From Pseudomonadales bacterium (GTDB lineage Bacteria; Verrucomicrobiota; Verrucomicrobiia; Limisphaerales; UBA11358): 62,999 nt of DNA. Below are positions 27,749-37,305 of the stretch, one piece after another (the stretch's first letter is position 1; every line of letters begins with the position of its first letter). The notes beneath the pieces were generated by a model that worked only from the letters and a program-made list of their open reading frames with translations, ran no database searches and was not told where the DNA came from. Both the position numbers and the translations under genes were made by a program. The DNA lies in the NCBI GenBank assembly GCA_035500235.1, contig DATJXK010000177.1, positions 1 through 62,999 of the forward strand. Direction: 5' to 3'.

Positions 27749-30009
27749 GCGATGGTAGAAGCATCCTGACTGGTGGCTGCCTGAAGTTCCAGGTCCGAGT
27801 GCAACGGAATATTCACCCGAACCAGGGTTCCTTTTCCGGGCTGGCTGGAAACAGTAAACTGGCCGCCAATGCGTTTGGCGCGCTCAGACATCCCCAGCAG
27901 GCCGAAGTGACCTTCGTTGGGACCGACGGCGGTTTCGCGATCAAACCCAACGCCATTGTCTTTGACCTGCAGGCTTACCTGTTTCCGTTCGAATTGCAGT
28001 TCCATATCCACATCAGTAGCCCGGGAGTGCTTGATGATATTGGCGAGGGCTTCCTGGCCGATGCGGAGGAGATTTTCTTCCACGACTTCCGGAAGCGCCT
28101 GCGGTTCGCCCCGGGTTTCAAGCCGGACTTTGATATCGGTGCCGCAAGTGATTTGCCGCGAGCCTTCCGCCAAGGCGCTGGACAAATCGAATTGCTCCAG
28201 GGCGCGGCTGCGCAGGTCCCAAACGGAGCGACGGACTTCTATTTGGCCGCGGGCCATCATGCTGCGCGCCAGTTCCAGATGATGCAGCGAATTATCCGGC
28301 TTGCGATCATGCAGTTTGGAGGCGGTATCCAACTGCAAGGCGATGCCGGTGAGGGTTTGTTCGACCGTATCGTGCAGTTCCTGTGCCAGGCGGGTTCGTT
28401 CCGTCAAAACGGCTTTGAACTGCACTTCGGATTCTTTACGGGCGGTAATCTCAAATTTTAATTGTTCTGTCCGCTCTTTGACGCGCAGTTCGAGATCGTC
28501 GTGCGCCTGTTGAAGGGCGGTTTGCGCTTTTTCCCGGTCGCGAATGGCAAAATTTAACGCGGCATTCTTTCGTGAAAGGATCAGCGTCCAGCTCACAATG
28601 ATAAACAACGCCGAACTCAGGATAAGAAAACCAATTAAAAGGCGATGGGGGGTAAGCCAGCTAGGCTTTTTTAGGACAACTACATCATCGGCATCAGGAA
28701 TAAGGATCTGCAACGATTGCAATTTGCCGGCATTGTCAATTTGGGTGAGGGCGATTCCATTTACCTTCACCGTGCTGCCGATGGCGAGGCTGGCCAATTG
28801 CGCCTGGCCGGGAGCATTTTCCGCAACAGCCGTGTAGGTGAAATTGCTGCTTTGCAATACCAGCACTGTTCGTCCGGGCGTGGTGGCCGTGCCGGCGTTG
28901 ACAGTCAGGTCAATGAGGCTGCCGGAAATAGAAACATAGGTGGCGTGGTAAAGACCGTTTTCCACGTCCTGAGCCGTAGCCGGCTGAGGCTGCATGGGGA
29001 CAGGCTCCTGCTGGGACCTTTCGATAATGGCATCCTGCAAAACGGGAAGATAATTCTCAAAACTCAAAAAGCCCACGGCGTCCACAACATCGCCCGGGTT
29101 CAGCTCGGTTCGTTGGCGTGTTTGCACCTGGAGGCCGAATGTTCCATTTTGCAGAAAAACACGCTCACCCGGCTGTTGAAAGACCACGACGCCGTGAACA
29201 TGGACCCGTTGGGCCAGGGAATTGTCCGGACGAAACTGGGCCAGCTTATTGAGCGGGACAACCGGGCGATCAAAGGGATTGATTGATTCGGGTTTTTCAA
29301 TGACCAGGTCCGACGAATTGGGAATATAAATTTCCACGGCGATCAACTGGCGCAGGGAGCGATTGTGTGCTTCCGCCGCCGTGCCGCGGACCAACGCCTG
29401 CGCGCCGATGAGGGCTTTTGGTTCGAATCCTGAAGCCGAAGGCAGGAATGCACGGAAGCGGTAGCCGCCGCTGGCCATATCCAGCGTCAGCCGGCCGCCA
29501 TCCAGGCGGGCGTCACGAATGATTCCCGAAATTTCTATTCTCTGGCTGTCCTCGGCGCCGGACATCAATTGTTCGATGGAAACAGGTTTGGCGAGTGGCA
29601 AGGGACCTTTTTTTAAAATATGCACGGTAGGCGCGGTCACTGTAGGGGCGAATGCACCGGCGTAGGTGATTCCGGAAATTTCCACTACATCGCCCGGGTC
29701 CACGTGAAGGCCGTTGATATTGTCTACGAATACGCCGCCGGTGGAATCCTGGAAGAAAAAGCGGCCTTTCAAAACAGGATCGGAAGCGGTGACTACGCCG
29801 GTGACATGGACTTTCAACATGCGCGAGGCCTGTTCGGCGGGCAACGAAATGACATCGGCGGCGTTGGTCAAAACGGGGACGGCTGGCTGGGCAAAAACGG
29901 GAGCAGCAAAAAACAGGAGACAAAAACAAAAGCCCCGAAACAGCGCCGGGCAGAAACCGGCGTCCAAGGCAGAAACGCTCAAACTTTTATGCCTGTTGAT
30001 AATCTTCAC
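27745..30009 (-). CDS. Sensor histidine kinase (large periplasmic domain, HisKA_3 + HATPase_c), partner of the NarL-type regulator
   Basis: 754 aa. The first codon at 30009 is GTG, so the exact start is uncertain. A ~440-aa extracytoplasmic region carries repeated OB-like segments (VHVTGVVT..PGDVVEISG and VHVHGVVV..PGDVVDAVG), followed by a TM and a coiled coil. H-box RLAQELHDTVEQ. ATPase boxes ANIIKHSRA, DNGVGF and GHFGLLGM. Confidence 0.88.
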   Translation of the reverse strand: MKIINRHKSLSVSALDAGFCPALFRGFCFCLLFFAAPVFAQPAVPVLTNAADVISLPAEQASRMLKVHVTGVVTASDPVLKGRFFFQDSTGGVFVDNINGLHVDPGDVVEISGITYAGAFAPTVTAPTVHILKKGPLPLAKPVSIEQLMSGAEDSQRIEISGIIRDARLDGGRLTLDMASGGYRFRAFLPSASGFEPKALIGAQALVRGTAAEAHNRSLRQLIAVEIYIPNSSDLVIEKPESINPFDRPVVPLNKLAQFRPDNSLAQRVHVHGVVVFQQPGERVFLQNGTFGLQVQTRQRTELNPGDVVDAVGFLSFENYLPVLQDAIIERSQQEPVPMQPQPATAQDVENGLYHATYVSISGSLIDLTVNAGTATTPGRTVLVLQSSNFTYTAVAENAPGQAQLASLAIGSTVKVNGIALTQIDNAGKLQSLQILIPDADDVVVLKKPSWLTPHRLLIGFLILSSALFIIVSWTLILSRKNAALNFAIRDREKAQTALQQAHDDLELRVKERTEQLKFEITARKESEVQFKAVLTERTRLAQELHDTVEQTLTGIALQLDTASKLHDRKPDNSLHHLELARSMMARGQIEVRRSVWDLRSRALEQFDLSSALAEGSRQITCGTDIKVRLETRGEPQALPEVVEENLLRIGQEALANIIKHSRATDVDMELQFERKQVSLQVKDNGVGFDRETAVGPNEGHFGLLGMSERAKRIGGQFTVSSQPGKGTLVRVNIPLHSDLELQAATSQDASTIA

Positions 30010-30094
30010 GATAATTTATTGGTTGGTGAGCGTCAACCGATAGAAGAAAGACCCGGCGCTTCCGGCCGTACCGACTTCGTCGCAAAAATAGACG

Positions 30095-31105
30095 TTATGG
30101 AAATTGAAGATTGCGGGTCTGCACGGAACTATTCGCCGACTGCAAGGTCGCTGTCCCGTTTGCGCCCGCAGATGCCGTCGTGTCATGAGTTGTTTTATTT
30201 TCGTCTGTGGTGGAAACCGAGCCTGCGGGAGCAGACGGATCCACTGTCTGGCCATAAACGCGCACATATTTTATTTGCATGTCACCGGGAAAAACGGTGG
30301 TCTCATCCGGATTACCGCCAAAATTACCCCCGATGGCGAGGTTCATGATAATATAAAATGGCTGGTTAAAGGGAGCCGGATAGGGATTGTGCTCATGAGA
30401 ATTCTCCTGGCTCGCGCTCCACCAGTTCGTTTGGGTTTCGTAGAGATGGTTATCCACATACCAGGAGATGGCATTAGTGCTCCATTCAACGGCGTAAAGA
30501 TGAAAATTTCCGACCGAATCACCCGAAGGAAAAGTGAACCCGGGGTTGTGTGATTCGGCGTTGTGCGGAGAAACCCCTCCGAAATGGATCGTACCAAAAA
30601 TCTTTTCCGGCTCAACGCCTTTGTTTTCCATGACATCAATCTCGCCGGAGGCGGCCCATCGCCCATAGACTGCCTCTTCAGGCATCATCCAAAGAGCGGG
30701 CCAGTAGCCCTTGCCCTGGGGCAGCCGCGCGTAAAATTCAAAGCGTCCGTATTTTTGGCTGAAAAGGCCGCGGGTCTTCAATTTTGCCGACGTATAATTT
30801 TGGCCCTTAAAATCCTCTTTGCGCGCGACAATATGAAGCATGCCGTCGGCGACATAAACGTTTTCCGGACGGCTGGTATAATATTCCAATTCCCGATTGC
30901 CCCATCCCCCGTTACCGTTGCCGCTGTCGAAAATCCAATTGTTAGTATTAATCGTGTTGCCGCTGAAATCATCACTCCACAGCAGTTGCCAGCCGGCCCG
31001 GGCCGGCTCCATGCCGGCGATGAGAATGCCTGCAGCCATACATCCTAACATCACAAGATGAATCGGGAATGAAGTGCGCTGCCACCATGAAAGTCTGATT
31101 GCCAT
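30095..31105 (-). CDS. GH16 endo-beta-1,3(4)-glucanase (laminarinase-like)
   Basis: ATG at 31105 (MAIRLSWWQRTSFPIHLVMLGCMAAGILIAG). The track start at 31141 is TTG. Motifs: GNGGWGNRELEYYT and WPALWMMP. Catalytic motif GEIDVMENKG (ExDxxE). Confidence 0.9.
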   Translation of the reverse strand: MAIRLSWWQRTSFPIHLVMLGCMAAGILIAGMEPARAGWQLLWSDDFSGNTINTNNWIFDSGNGNGGWGNRELEYYTSRPENVYVADGMLHIVARKEDFKGQNYTSAKLKTRGLFSQKYGRFEFYARLPQGKGYWPALWMMPEEAVYGRWAASGEIDVMENKGVEPEKIFGTIHFGGVSPHNAESHNPGFTFPSGDSVGNFHLYAVEWSTNAISWYVDNHLYETQTNWWSASQENSHEHNPYPAPFNQPFYIIMNLAIGGNFGGNPDETTVFPGDMQIKYVRVYGQTVDPSAPAGSVSTTDENKTTHDTTASAGANGTATLQSANSSVQTRNLQFP

Positions 31106-31179
31106 TTTTAACTCATTCCCTCCGTCTCCTTTTGGATTCAACGCTTAAAAATACTGGTTATAGTTTTGCGCCAATTTAG

Positions 31180-31995
31180 CTACGGTGATGGCATCAGCGA
31201 ATTCATTCGCTGCAACATGAGCGCAGGGAAATCCCGGCTATCCTGATAGAAATAGATATTCCTGTCCCCATCTGTCTGCCACGAAGTGATCAGACGCATT
31301 TTCGCAATGGGTTCCCATGATGCCGAACCATCGACAAACGATTCATTGCCGCCATCGGGATACATCGAACGGGCGCTGTGATGTTGCGGCAGGTTCACGT
31401 AACATTGCGGATTGCCATAATCCTGCGATACCGGCATGCCCCATCCATTTAATCCTTTCATGACGGCATCCGCGGAAAAGACCCACCATGGTTTGGATTG
31501 GCTCATTTTTCGAGGACTGTTGCCCCAACACCCGCTTGATTCAACCGGATTCACCCAATTGGTATCGCCGCCGAAATATTGGTAGCCTATATTCCATTCA
31601 GTAAAAGCCGGCGCATAGTTGGGAAGGGTCGGCCGTTCCGGGCAACTCCAAACGGTTGGTGCATTGGTGGGCACTCTCAAACCGATGGAACTCAAGCCAG
31701 CGGCATCGCTTATGTTGAGGTCCAGTTGCACAAACGGGAGTTTAGGCCCACTGGTTCCAGAGGTGTTAGCGCGACAAGTAAGAACTAAATCGTTATTATC
31801 GCCAGAATAAATGATCATTCCTGTGGCGAGCTGTTTGGTGTTGCTTAAGCATTCAATACGGAGAGCCCGTTCTTTAGCGGAAGAGAGAACAGGCAATAGA
31901 ATAGCGGCCAAAATGGCGATGATGGCAATGACGACCAATAACTCAATCAAGGTGAAAGCGCGGCGTCTTTCATTTTGTGTTCCGGATATATTCAT
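31180..31995 (-). CDS. Prepilin-type N-terminal methylation-domain protein, divergent H-X9-DG family member, pseudopilin 2
   Basis: ATG at 31995 (cat at 31993-31995) gives [44 protein letters not shown]. The track start at 32118 would overlap the upstream gene. The C-terminal motif is degenerate: [13 protein letters not shown], which is Y-X9-DG instead of H-X9-DG. Confidence 0.85.
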   Translation of the reverse strand: MNISGTQNERRRAFTLIELLVVIAIIAILAAILLPVLSSAKERALRIECLSNTKQLATGMIIYSGDNNDLVLTCRANTSGTSGPKLPFVQLDLNISDAAGLSSIGLRVPTNAPTVWSCPERPTLPNYAPAFTEWNIGYQYFGGDTNWVNPVESSGCWGNSPRKMSQSKPWWVFSADAVMKGLNGWGMPVSQDYGNPQCYVNLPQHHSARSMYPDGGNESFVDGSASWEPIAKMRLITSWQTDGDRNIYFYQDSRDFPALMLQRMNSLMPSP

Positions 31996-32026
31996 CTTTG
32001 CTGGTATCTCAAATATCTTTGGTTTC

Positions 32027-32054
32027 GCCGTCGCCCCTCTTTCAGGGCGACGGC
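32027..32054 (-). terminator. Intercistronic stem-loop between giant lectin 2 and pseudopilin 2
   Basis: GCCGTCGCCC CTCTTTCA GGGCGACGGC forms a perfect 10-bp stem. It lies 23 nt after the stop at 32078 and 31 nt before the ATG at 31995. The geometry matches 10039-10072, and there is no U-tract. Confidence 0.5.
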
Positions 32055-32077
32055 ATTGACACATCCCTGGCTGTCGA

Positions 32078-35000
32078 TTATTGGACAGACAAGAGATAGA
32101 AGCGGTGGTTTTGACCAAGGCCGTCGCTCACTGACTGCGTCAGGCCGGTGCCGTTGACCGTGGTTCCCAGCGGCGTCCAGGCAGGATCGTTCAGATCATT
32201 CTTATAAGACACAGCGTATTTGAACCCGGTTTGCGTGGGGAACGAGAGGACAACATTGGTTCCTACGACGGATGATCCCAATTTTACGGTGCCAGCCGGC
32301 ACGAGCATGAAGAAGTTCACACGTTCGAAGCCGTCACCCGTGACCTGCAACGTCTGAATCCCGCTGATAGGAAGCTGGATGTGTGTGCCGGTGTTAGTAT
32401 TCATTAGCGGGGCATATTGATACGAGCCGTAGCTGTTGCCCATGGCCTGGAAGTAACCAATGACGTTCGTAGTTTGCGTCGAAGTACCAGCACCACTGGT
32501 TACCTGAGCACATTGGAACGTGATATTGCTGGTACCGCCGGCTGAAAGCCGGGCATAGACATAGTAATTGCCGGCAGGGAATGTGTGGGTGTAGTTGATC
32601 CAGGCGGTATTCGTCAGGTTGAAGATTTCATAGTCCTGGATATAGGGATTGGCTTGCTGCACCTGCGCATTGGCCGTCCTCGCCCGTTGCGCATCCGCAG
32701 TCACTTGAATGGGAACTATGTTATTGAGGTTCTGGGCGCTCGTGCGGTACACCGCCGGAACGGGGAGCACGTTCAGATTGATGAATTGCGAAGAATAGTC
32801 GATGTCCAAATCACCAGTCTGACCATAATAACTGTTCGTGGCCGGAGCGGAAGTGGGTACCGGACTATCAATATAGCGCAGGTTGCTGTTATTCGGGTCA
32901 GGGCTATTGGCCGGGTCGAAGTCAAAGTCTTCGGCCTCCCAAGTGAAGTTGGTCGAATTGAAGGTATCAAAGCTCACCGTGGTGGTATGCACCTGATTAT
33001 TATTGTCGGTGACAGTAATAACGGCGGTGTAGGAGGAGTTAGGTTGCAGGCCGGGATAGCTGACATTCCAGCTTCCAGAATTACCACTGAAGACCAAGCC
33101 TGATGAAACGTTGACGCCGTTGAGGGTCACTTGAACGTTGGTCGTATTGATGCCGTACGTCGGGCTGCTGGCAACAAACGACAGAGCATTGGTGCCCTGC
33201 TCCAGTAATGAGCCATCGGGATAAACCGAGTCCACGCGCGCCTGGTCGGTACGAGCATTCAACAACATGTAGAAGTTGACGTTGAGACCGTATGCCGCGC
33301 CATTGGGCGTTTCCGTTTGGTTGAAGACCAAATGCGTATCACGGAGAGTATTGGTGCCATTGAGGCTCAATTGCGCCACATTGCCGAAACGGTCTATCAA
33401 CGGGGCATAGAAGTATGATGAATAGCCGCCGCTGGAGGGAATGGCGTAGGTACCAAGGTGCTGGGTGATTTGATTGGAGGTACCCCAGCCACCAACAACC
33501 TGGGAGAACGATGAATAGAGATTGCCCAGGTTAGCGCCGGAAGCGACGCGAGCATACAGGTTATACGTACCCGAAGGCCAGGTGCGGGTATATTGTTCCC
33601 AATGGCCGGCACCGAGGAAGCCGACATTGTAGTCCAGCGTGCCAGAACCGAATTGCCGGCGGGCGGCATCGGTGACAGGCGCAGTAGCGCACGGGTCGTT
33701 GGTGCGGTAGTTCGACATGGTGGCCCCGGCGAATCCGGCCTGGATGGGAGATTGTCCGTTCAATGGGGTGTTATTGCCCGATTCGTCGATGAGAATGTCG
33801 CCCACTTGTCCTTCATAGCTGTTAGCAGCAGGGGTTCTGGGCGGTGTGGGCACTGAATTATCAATAAAGCGATGACCTGTGCCGTTGGGAATCGGACTAA
33901 ACGCAGGATCAAAGTCAAAGGCTTCCGCTTCAAATTGGAAAACAGGATTCCAGGTATCAATGCTCAACTGCGCATTGGCACTGTTGCCGTTATTATCTGT
34001 TACCTGAATGGCCACATTATAGCTTTGGTTCAACTGCAATGTAGGATAGCTGACATTCCACGTCGTCGGGCCGCCGCTGAAGACGAGACCAGAGGAGACG
34101 TTTGTGCCATTAAGGGTCATTTGGATATTGGCGGTGTTGATGTTCGCCGATGAAACGGCGGTAAAGACCAATTTATTGGTCGCTTCAAAGAGGAACGCGC
34201 CATCCGGATAAATACCGGTGATGGCAGGCACGTTGGGATTCACCGGCACGAACATAAAGAAGTTCGCGTTGGCACCGCCGCCAGTAGTCGCACGGAAAGT
34301 AGCCACGCCACCTGCGCCGCCGTTGATTGTGACTTGCGCCAAAGCGCCGCCCTGTCGCAACGGCACCCATTGGAAGCCACCGTTTCCGGTGAAGGTGAAT
34401 TGTCCGACGCGGGACAACGTCTGGTTCAGCGTGCCCTGCCCCGCGGTGACCTGGTCAAAGCTCACGGTAGAACCGCTGGAGGTAGAAAGGCGGGCGTAGA
34501 CATTGTAACTACCCGGCGGGAAAGTCTTGGTATAATTCTGCCATTCGGCGCTCGACCAGTTGCCGACCATGTGACTCGGCACCACGCCGTTGCCAAATCG
34601 CGTGGGCGAGGGCAATTCGCCCGTTGATAACGGAGTCTGCACATTCAATCCAGTGCCATCATCGAAGCGATAAGCATTGAGCTGGTTATCGCCAGTGGAT
34701 TGGCCTTTGTGCGCGTCAACGCCTTCAGTGTAACCATTGCCAAAATAACTATTCGGGTCGCCAGGTACGTTGGTGTAATCCGGGTTGTCAAGGAACATGC
34801 CGTTCGTGAAATCGAATTCTTCGGCTTTGACAATAAAGTTGGTGGGGCTAAACGTGTCGAATGTCACCGTGGCAGAACCAACGAGGCCGAGCGCATCGCT
34901 CGCCGTCATCACCGCGGTCTCGATGGTTTGCTGCGGGAGGCTGTTGTAGTACACCGTCACGTTGGTCGAGCCGGTACCGTTGGTCACATAGGTGCAGGAC

Positions 35001-36094
35001 GAAGAAACGTCTATGTTATTTAGTTTGAGATCGATATTCGTCAGGCCAAATCCGCTGGGAGCGATAGCGGTAAATACGAATTTATTTGTCGCCTGCAGGA
35101 GCGACGTGCCATCTGGATAGGGCCCGCTGATAGAGGGTATCTTGGGAGCAATGGTTTGGCGAATGCCTTCGACGAAGCTCAGCTTGTTTGTCGCGATGCC
35201 TTTATAGAAACGAAAATCCTCCATCCAGCCGTCAAATCCGCGAGCGCCTTTGTAATTTCGATTGCCGACGACGAGCGTGGTGGGATTGCCAAAGGTCTCG
35301 ACCAAGCCGGGAGCAGCAAACTGATTTTGGAGGGCCGCCGCCGCCGTGTCTGAACCGGTATATTGATAGATGTTTGTCCCGTCGTAAACCCAGGCCACAA
35401 AATACCATTTATTAGTGGTGAGATCGCTGGCGTACGTGGTGGTCAGAGTGCCGCCGGCCGTGCTCCCGATGGCGAAAATAAATTGATTCGCCTGCTGGAA
35501 TTTCACGCCGATGGAATTAGCGCTGCCGTCATTCGCGCCCGGCGAGCCTCCCGCGCTCAGCACAAAAGGCCGGGGAAGCACAAAACCAGAGCCGCTCGGC
35601 GCTTTCACCGGCTGGTTAAACCAGAAGGTCACGATGAAATTTGAAACGCTGCCAAAAGCCAGTGCGGGATCTCCTAAATCAGCCGCAGAATTGGCGGCGT
35701 TGGCAGTCGTCGGCGGATTCGGCGCGTTGGCCGGCTGGCTTCCCCCGGCTCCGTTAGTCATGCACAACGTCGCCATCCCGGTCACCAACCCATTTACTCC
35801 CGACCCGGCGGCGCCCTGGAAATCAGTACTCGCACCGGCAGCATTGTATGCGCTCAGGTTGACACTGATGCCCCCGAGCGTTGTGGAGCTAGGGAAGCTC
35901 GTCGTCGCCGTGCCCGGTGCATTGGTAAGGGGGAAAAACAGCAAGTTAACCGGTTGAGCCAGCGCCAGCGTGCTCATCAGGAGGCCGCAAAAAATCAGTG
36001 CGGCCAGCAGCTTCCCGAGGACGGTTTTAAACCATTCATTACTAGACAGAAATGAATGACGGATATCTGAAGAATCAATGGGATCGGTTCTCAT
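32078..36094 (-). CDS. Giant secreted non-catalytic protein: LamG + 3 x (Ig-like + CBM6/35-like module) + C-terminal FY.. domain (paralogue of 10091-13135)
   Basis: 1338 aa with a signal anchor ([18 protein letters not shown]). N-terminal LamG: [27 protein letters not shown]. Three modules carry KAEEFDF / FEAEAFDF / WEAEDFDF and W(Q/E/I)(N/Q)YT(K/R/H)T(F/W)P.G.Y(N/Y)(V/L)YAR. The 69-aa tail (32078-32287) ends in [10 protein letters not shown] and aligns with the tail of 10091-13135. Confidence 0.85.
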   Translation of the reverse strand: MRTDPIDSSDIRHSFLSSNEWFKTVLGKLLAALIFCGLLMSTLALAQPVNLLFFPLTNAPGTATTSFPSSTTLGGISVNLSAYNAAGASTDFQGAAGSGVNGLVTGMATLCMTNGAGGSQPANAPNPPTTANAANSAADLGDPALAFGSVSNFIVTFWFNQPVKAPSGSGFVLPRPFVLSAGGSPGANDGSANSIGVKFQQANQFIFAIGSTAGGTLTTTYASDLTTNKWYFVAWVYDGTNIYQYTGSDTAAAALQNQFAAPGLVETFGNPTTLVVGNRNYKGARGFDGWMEDFRFYKGIATNKLSFVEGIRQTIAPKIPSISGPYPDGTSLLQATNKFVFTAIAPSGFGLTNIDLKLNNIDVSSSCTYVTNGTGSTNVTVYYNSLPQQTIETAVMTASDALGLVGSATVTFDTFSPTNFIVKAEEFDFTNGMFLDNPDYTNVPGDPNSYFGNGYTEGVDAHKGQSTGDNQLNAYRFDDGTGLNVQTPLSTGELPSPTRFGNGVVPSHMVGNWSSAEWQNYTKTFPPGSYNVYARLSTSSGSTVSFDQVTAGQGTLNQTLSRVGQFTFTGNGGFQWVPLRQGGALAQVTINGGAGGVATFRATTGGGANANFFMFVPVNPNVPAITGIYPDGAFLFEATNKLVFTAVSSANINTANIQMTLNGTNVSSGLVFSGGPTTWNVSYPTLQLNQSYNVAIQVTDNNGNSANAQLSIDTWNPVFQFEAEAFDFDPAFSPIPNGTGHRFIDNSVPTPPRTPAANSYEGQVGDILIDESGNNTPLNGQSPIQAGFAGATMSNYRTNDPCATAPVTDAARRQFGSGTLDYNVGFLGAGHWEQYTRTWPSGTYNLYARVASGANLGNLYSSFSQVVGGWGTSNQITQHLGTYAIPSSGGYSSYFYAPLIDRFGNVAQLSLNGTNTLRDTHLVFNQTETPNGAAYGLNVNFYMLLNARTDQARVDSVYPDGSLLEQGTNALSFVASSPTYGINTTNVQVTLNGVNVSSGLVFSGNSGSWNVSYPGLQPNSSYTAVITVTDNNNQVHTTTVSFDTFNSTNFTWEAEDFDFDPANSPDPNNSNLRYIDSPVPTSAPATNSYYGQTGDLDIDYSSQFINLNVLPVPAVYRTSAQNLNNIVPIQVTADAQRARTANAQVQQANPYIQDYEIFNLTNTAWINYTHTFPAGNYYVYARLSAGGTSNITFQCAQVTSGAGTSTQTTNVIGYFQAMGNSYGSYQYAPLMNTNTGTHIQLPISGIQTLQVTGDGFERVNFFMLVPAGTVKLGSSVVGTNVVLSFPTQTGFKYAVSYKNDLNDPAWTPLGTTVNGTGLTQSVSDGLGQNHRFYLLSVQ

Positions 36095-36244
36095 ACAGGC
36101 GTTTGGGTTGGCAGTTAGGCTAAATGACTATGAACTTAGGGCTATCGTTAGTTGTTCTGTAATTTCTATTGGCGGCACTTAATGGGCCGGTCTGCGTATT
36201 TCAGGCTATGAAAAGAACCTAGCAGCACGGCCTAAGTGTAAGCA

Positions 36245-36260
36245 TCCCTCTTTCGAGGGG
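36245..36260. promoter_or_regulatory. Hairpin copy H, compensatory variant (TCCCTC TTTC GAGGGG), overlapping a second GGGGG-TTTT-CCCCC hairpin
   Basis: It lies in the divergent region between the giant lectin 2 ATG (36094) and the dehydrogenase ATG (36420). The G-run at 36057..62 cannot pair both ways: bases 36057-36062 can pair with CCCTC (36046-50) or with CCCCC (36067-71), i.e. coordinates 36257-36262 versus 36246-36250 or 36267-36271. Confidence 0.5.
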
Positions 36261-36419
36261 GGTTTTCCCCCAATGACACCCAGCCTTGGGCAAGATAAAA
36301 CCAACTTTGGAGAGGACGAGTGTCCGGCGGGTGAAGGACCAGGATTTATCGCAAAAATTACTATTTGCTTTTTGAACCGCTTGTTCCATTTTCAAACTGA
36401 AACGAATTCAAAAAAAATT

Positions 36420-37304
36420 ATGTCGCAAAAAATTGGCTTTGTCGGCGTCGGACGCATGGGCGCAAACATGGCGCGTCGCTTACAGGAAACCGGATTTGTG
36501 ATCAGCGCGGTTTTTGATGTGAATGAAGAGGCGGCCAAATCACTGGCCAAAGAATTAAACTGCACCGCCGCGACTGATTTGAAGGCCGTTACCGCACTTT
36601 CTGAAATCGTCATTACAGTGGTCAGTGACGACAAGGCCATGAAGAAAATTTTCACGGGCGGCCTATTGACGCGAGCGAAGGGAAAATTATTCATCAACTG
36701 CGCCACGGTCACGCCCGCGATTCATGTCTGGACGGAACAAAAATGCGAAGCGAAAGGCGCAAGCTCGCTCGAAGCGTGCATGGCGTCCAGCATCACACAG
36801 GCGCGCAATGGTTCCCTGTATCTCATGTGCGGCGGCAAACCGGAGGTGTTTGAGCGCGCGAAACCGATTTTGGAAAAAATGAGCAGTGCGCTGCGTTACA
36901 TCGGCCCGGCAGGCCAGGCGGCACAGGTCAAAGCGCTGGTGAATATGGTGATGAACGCGAACACTGCCGCCCTGGCGGAAGGCCTGGGCCTGGGCGCGGC
37001 GCTCAGCCTGGATTTGACAATGTTGCGCGAAGTATTTTCGCAAACCGGCGCGCGTTCCGGCGTGCTGCAAACAGACGGCGAGGACATGCAAAATCGCGAA
37101 CACTCCTGTTTCTTTTCCGCGGCGCACGCAGCGAAAGATTCCGGCATCGCCCTGAAACTGGCGAAGGATCTCAATTTGAATTTGCCCCTGGCCGCCGCGA
37201 CAAAGAAGCAATATGACCGGATGATTCAACTTGGCCTCGGCGAATTGGATAAATCAGGTATCGCCGAACTGACGTTCAAAGGCCGCAAAGGCGTCATCAG
37301 TTAA
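36420..37304 (+). CDS. NAD(P)-dependent oxidoreductase, 3-hydroxyisobutyrate/6-phosphogluconate dehydrogenase-like (HIBADH family)
   Basis: ATG at 36420 gives MSQKIGFVGVGRMGANMARRL, a Rossmann GxGxxG motif. The track start at 36273 adds 49 non-homologous residues. This is the only clearly cytoplasmic metabolic enzyme in the window. Confidence 0.8.
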   Translation: MSQKIGFVGVGRMGANMARRLQETGFVISAVFDVNEEAAKSLAKELNCTAATDLKAVTALSEIVITVVSDDKAMKKIFTGGLLTRAKGKLFINCATVTPAIHVWTEQKCEAKGASSLEACMASSITQARNGSLYLMCGGKPEVFERAKPILEKMSSALRYIGPAGQAAQVKALVNMVMNANTAALAEGLGLGAALSLDLTMLREVFSQTGARSGVLQTDGEDMQNREHSCFFSAAHAAKDSGIALKLAKDLNLNLPLAAATKKQYDRMIQLGLGELDKSGIAELTFKGRKGVIS

Positions 37305-37305
37305 T

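Noticed and set aside
1723-36260. The repeated ATCCCC/GGGGAT hairpins read as a CRISPR array or as intrinsic terminators.
   Set aside because: The copies are kilobases apart and separated by genes, and there are no cas genes, so they are not a CRISPR array. None is followed by a U-tract, and three sit in divergent promoter regions with no upstream gene end, so they are not classical terminators.
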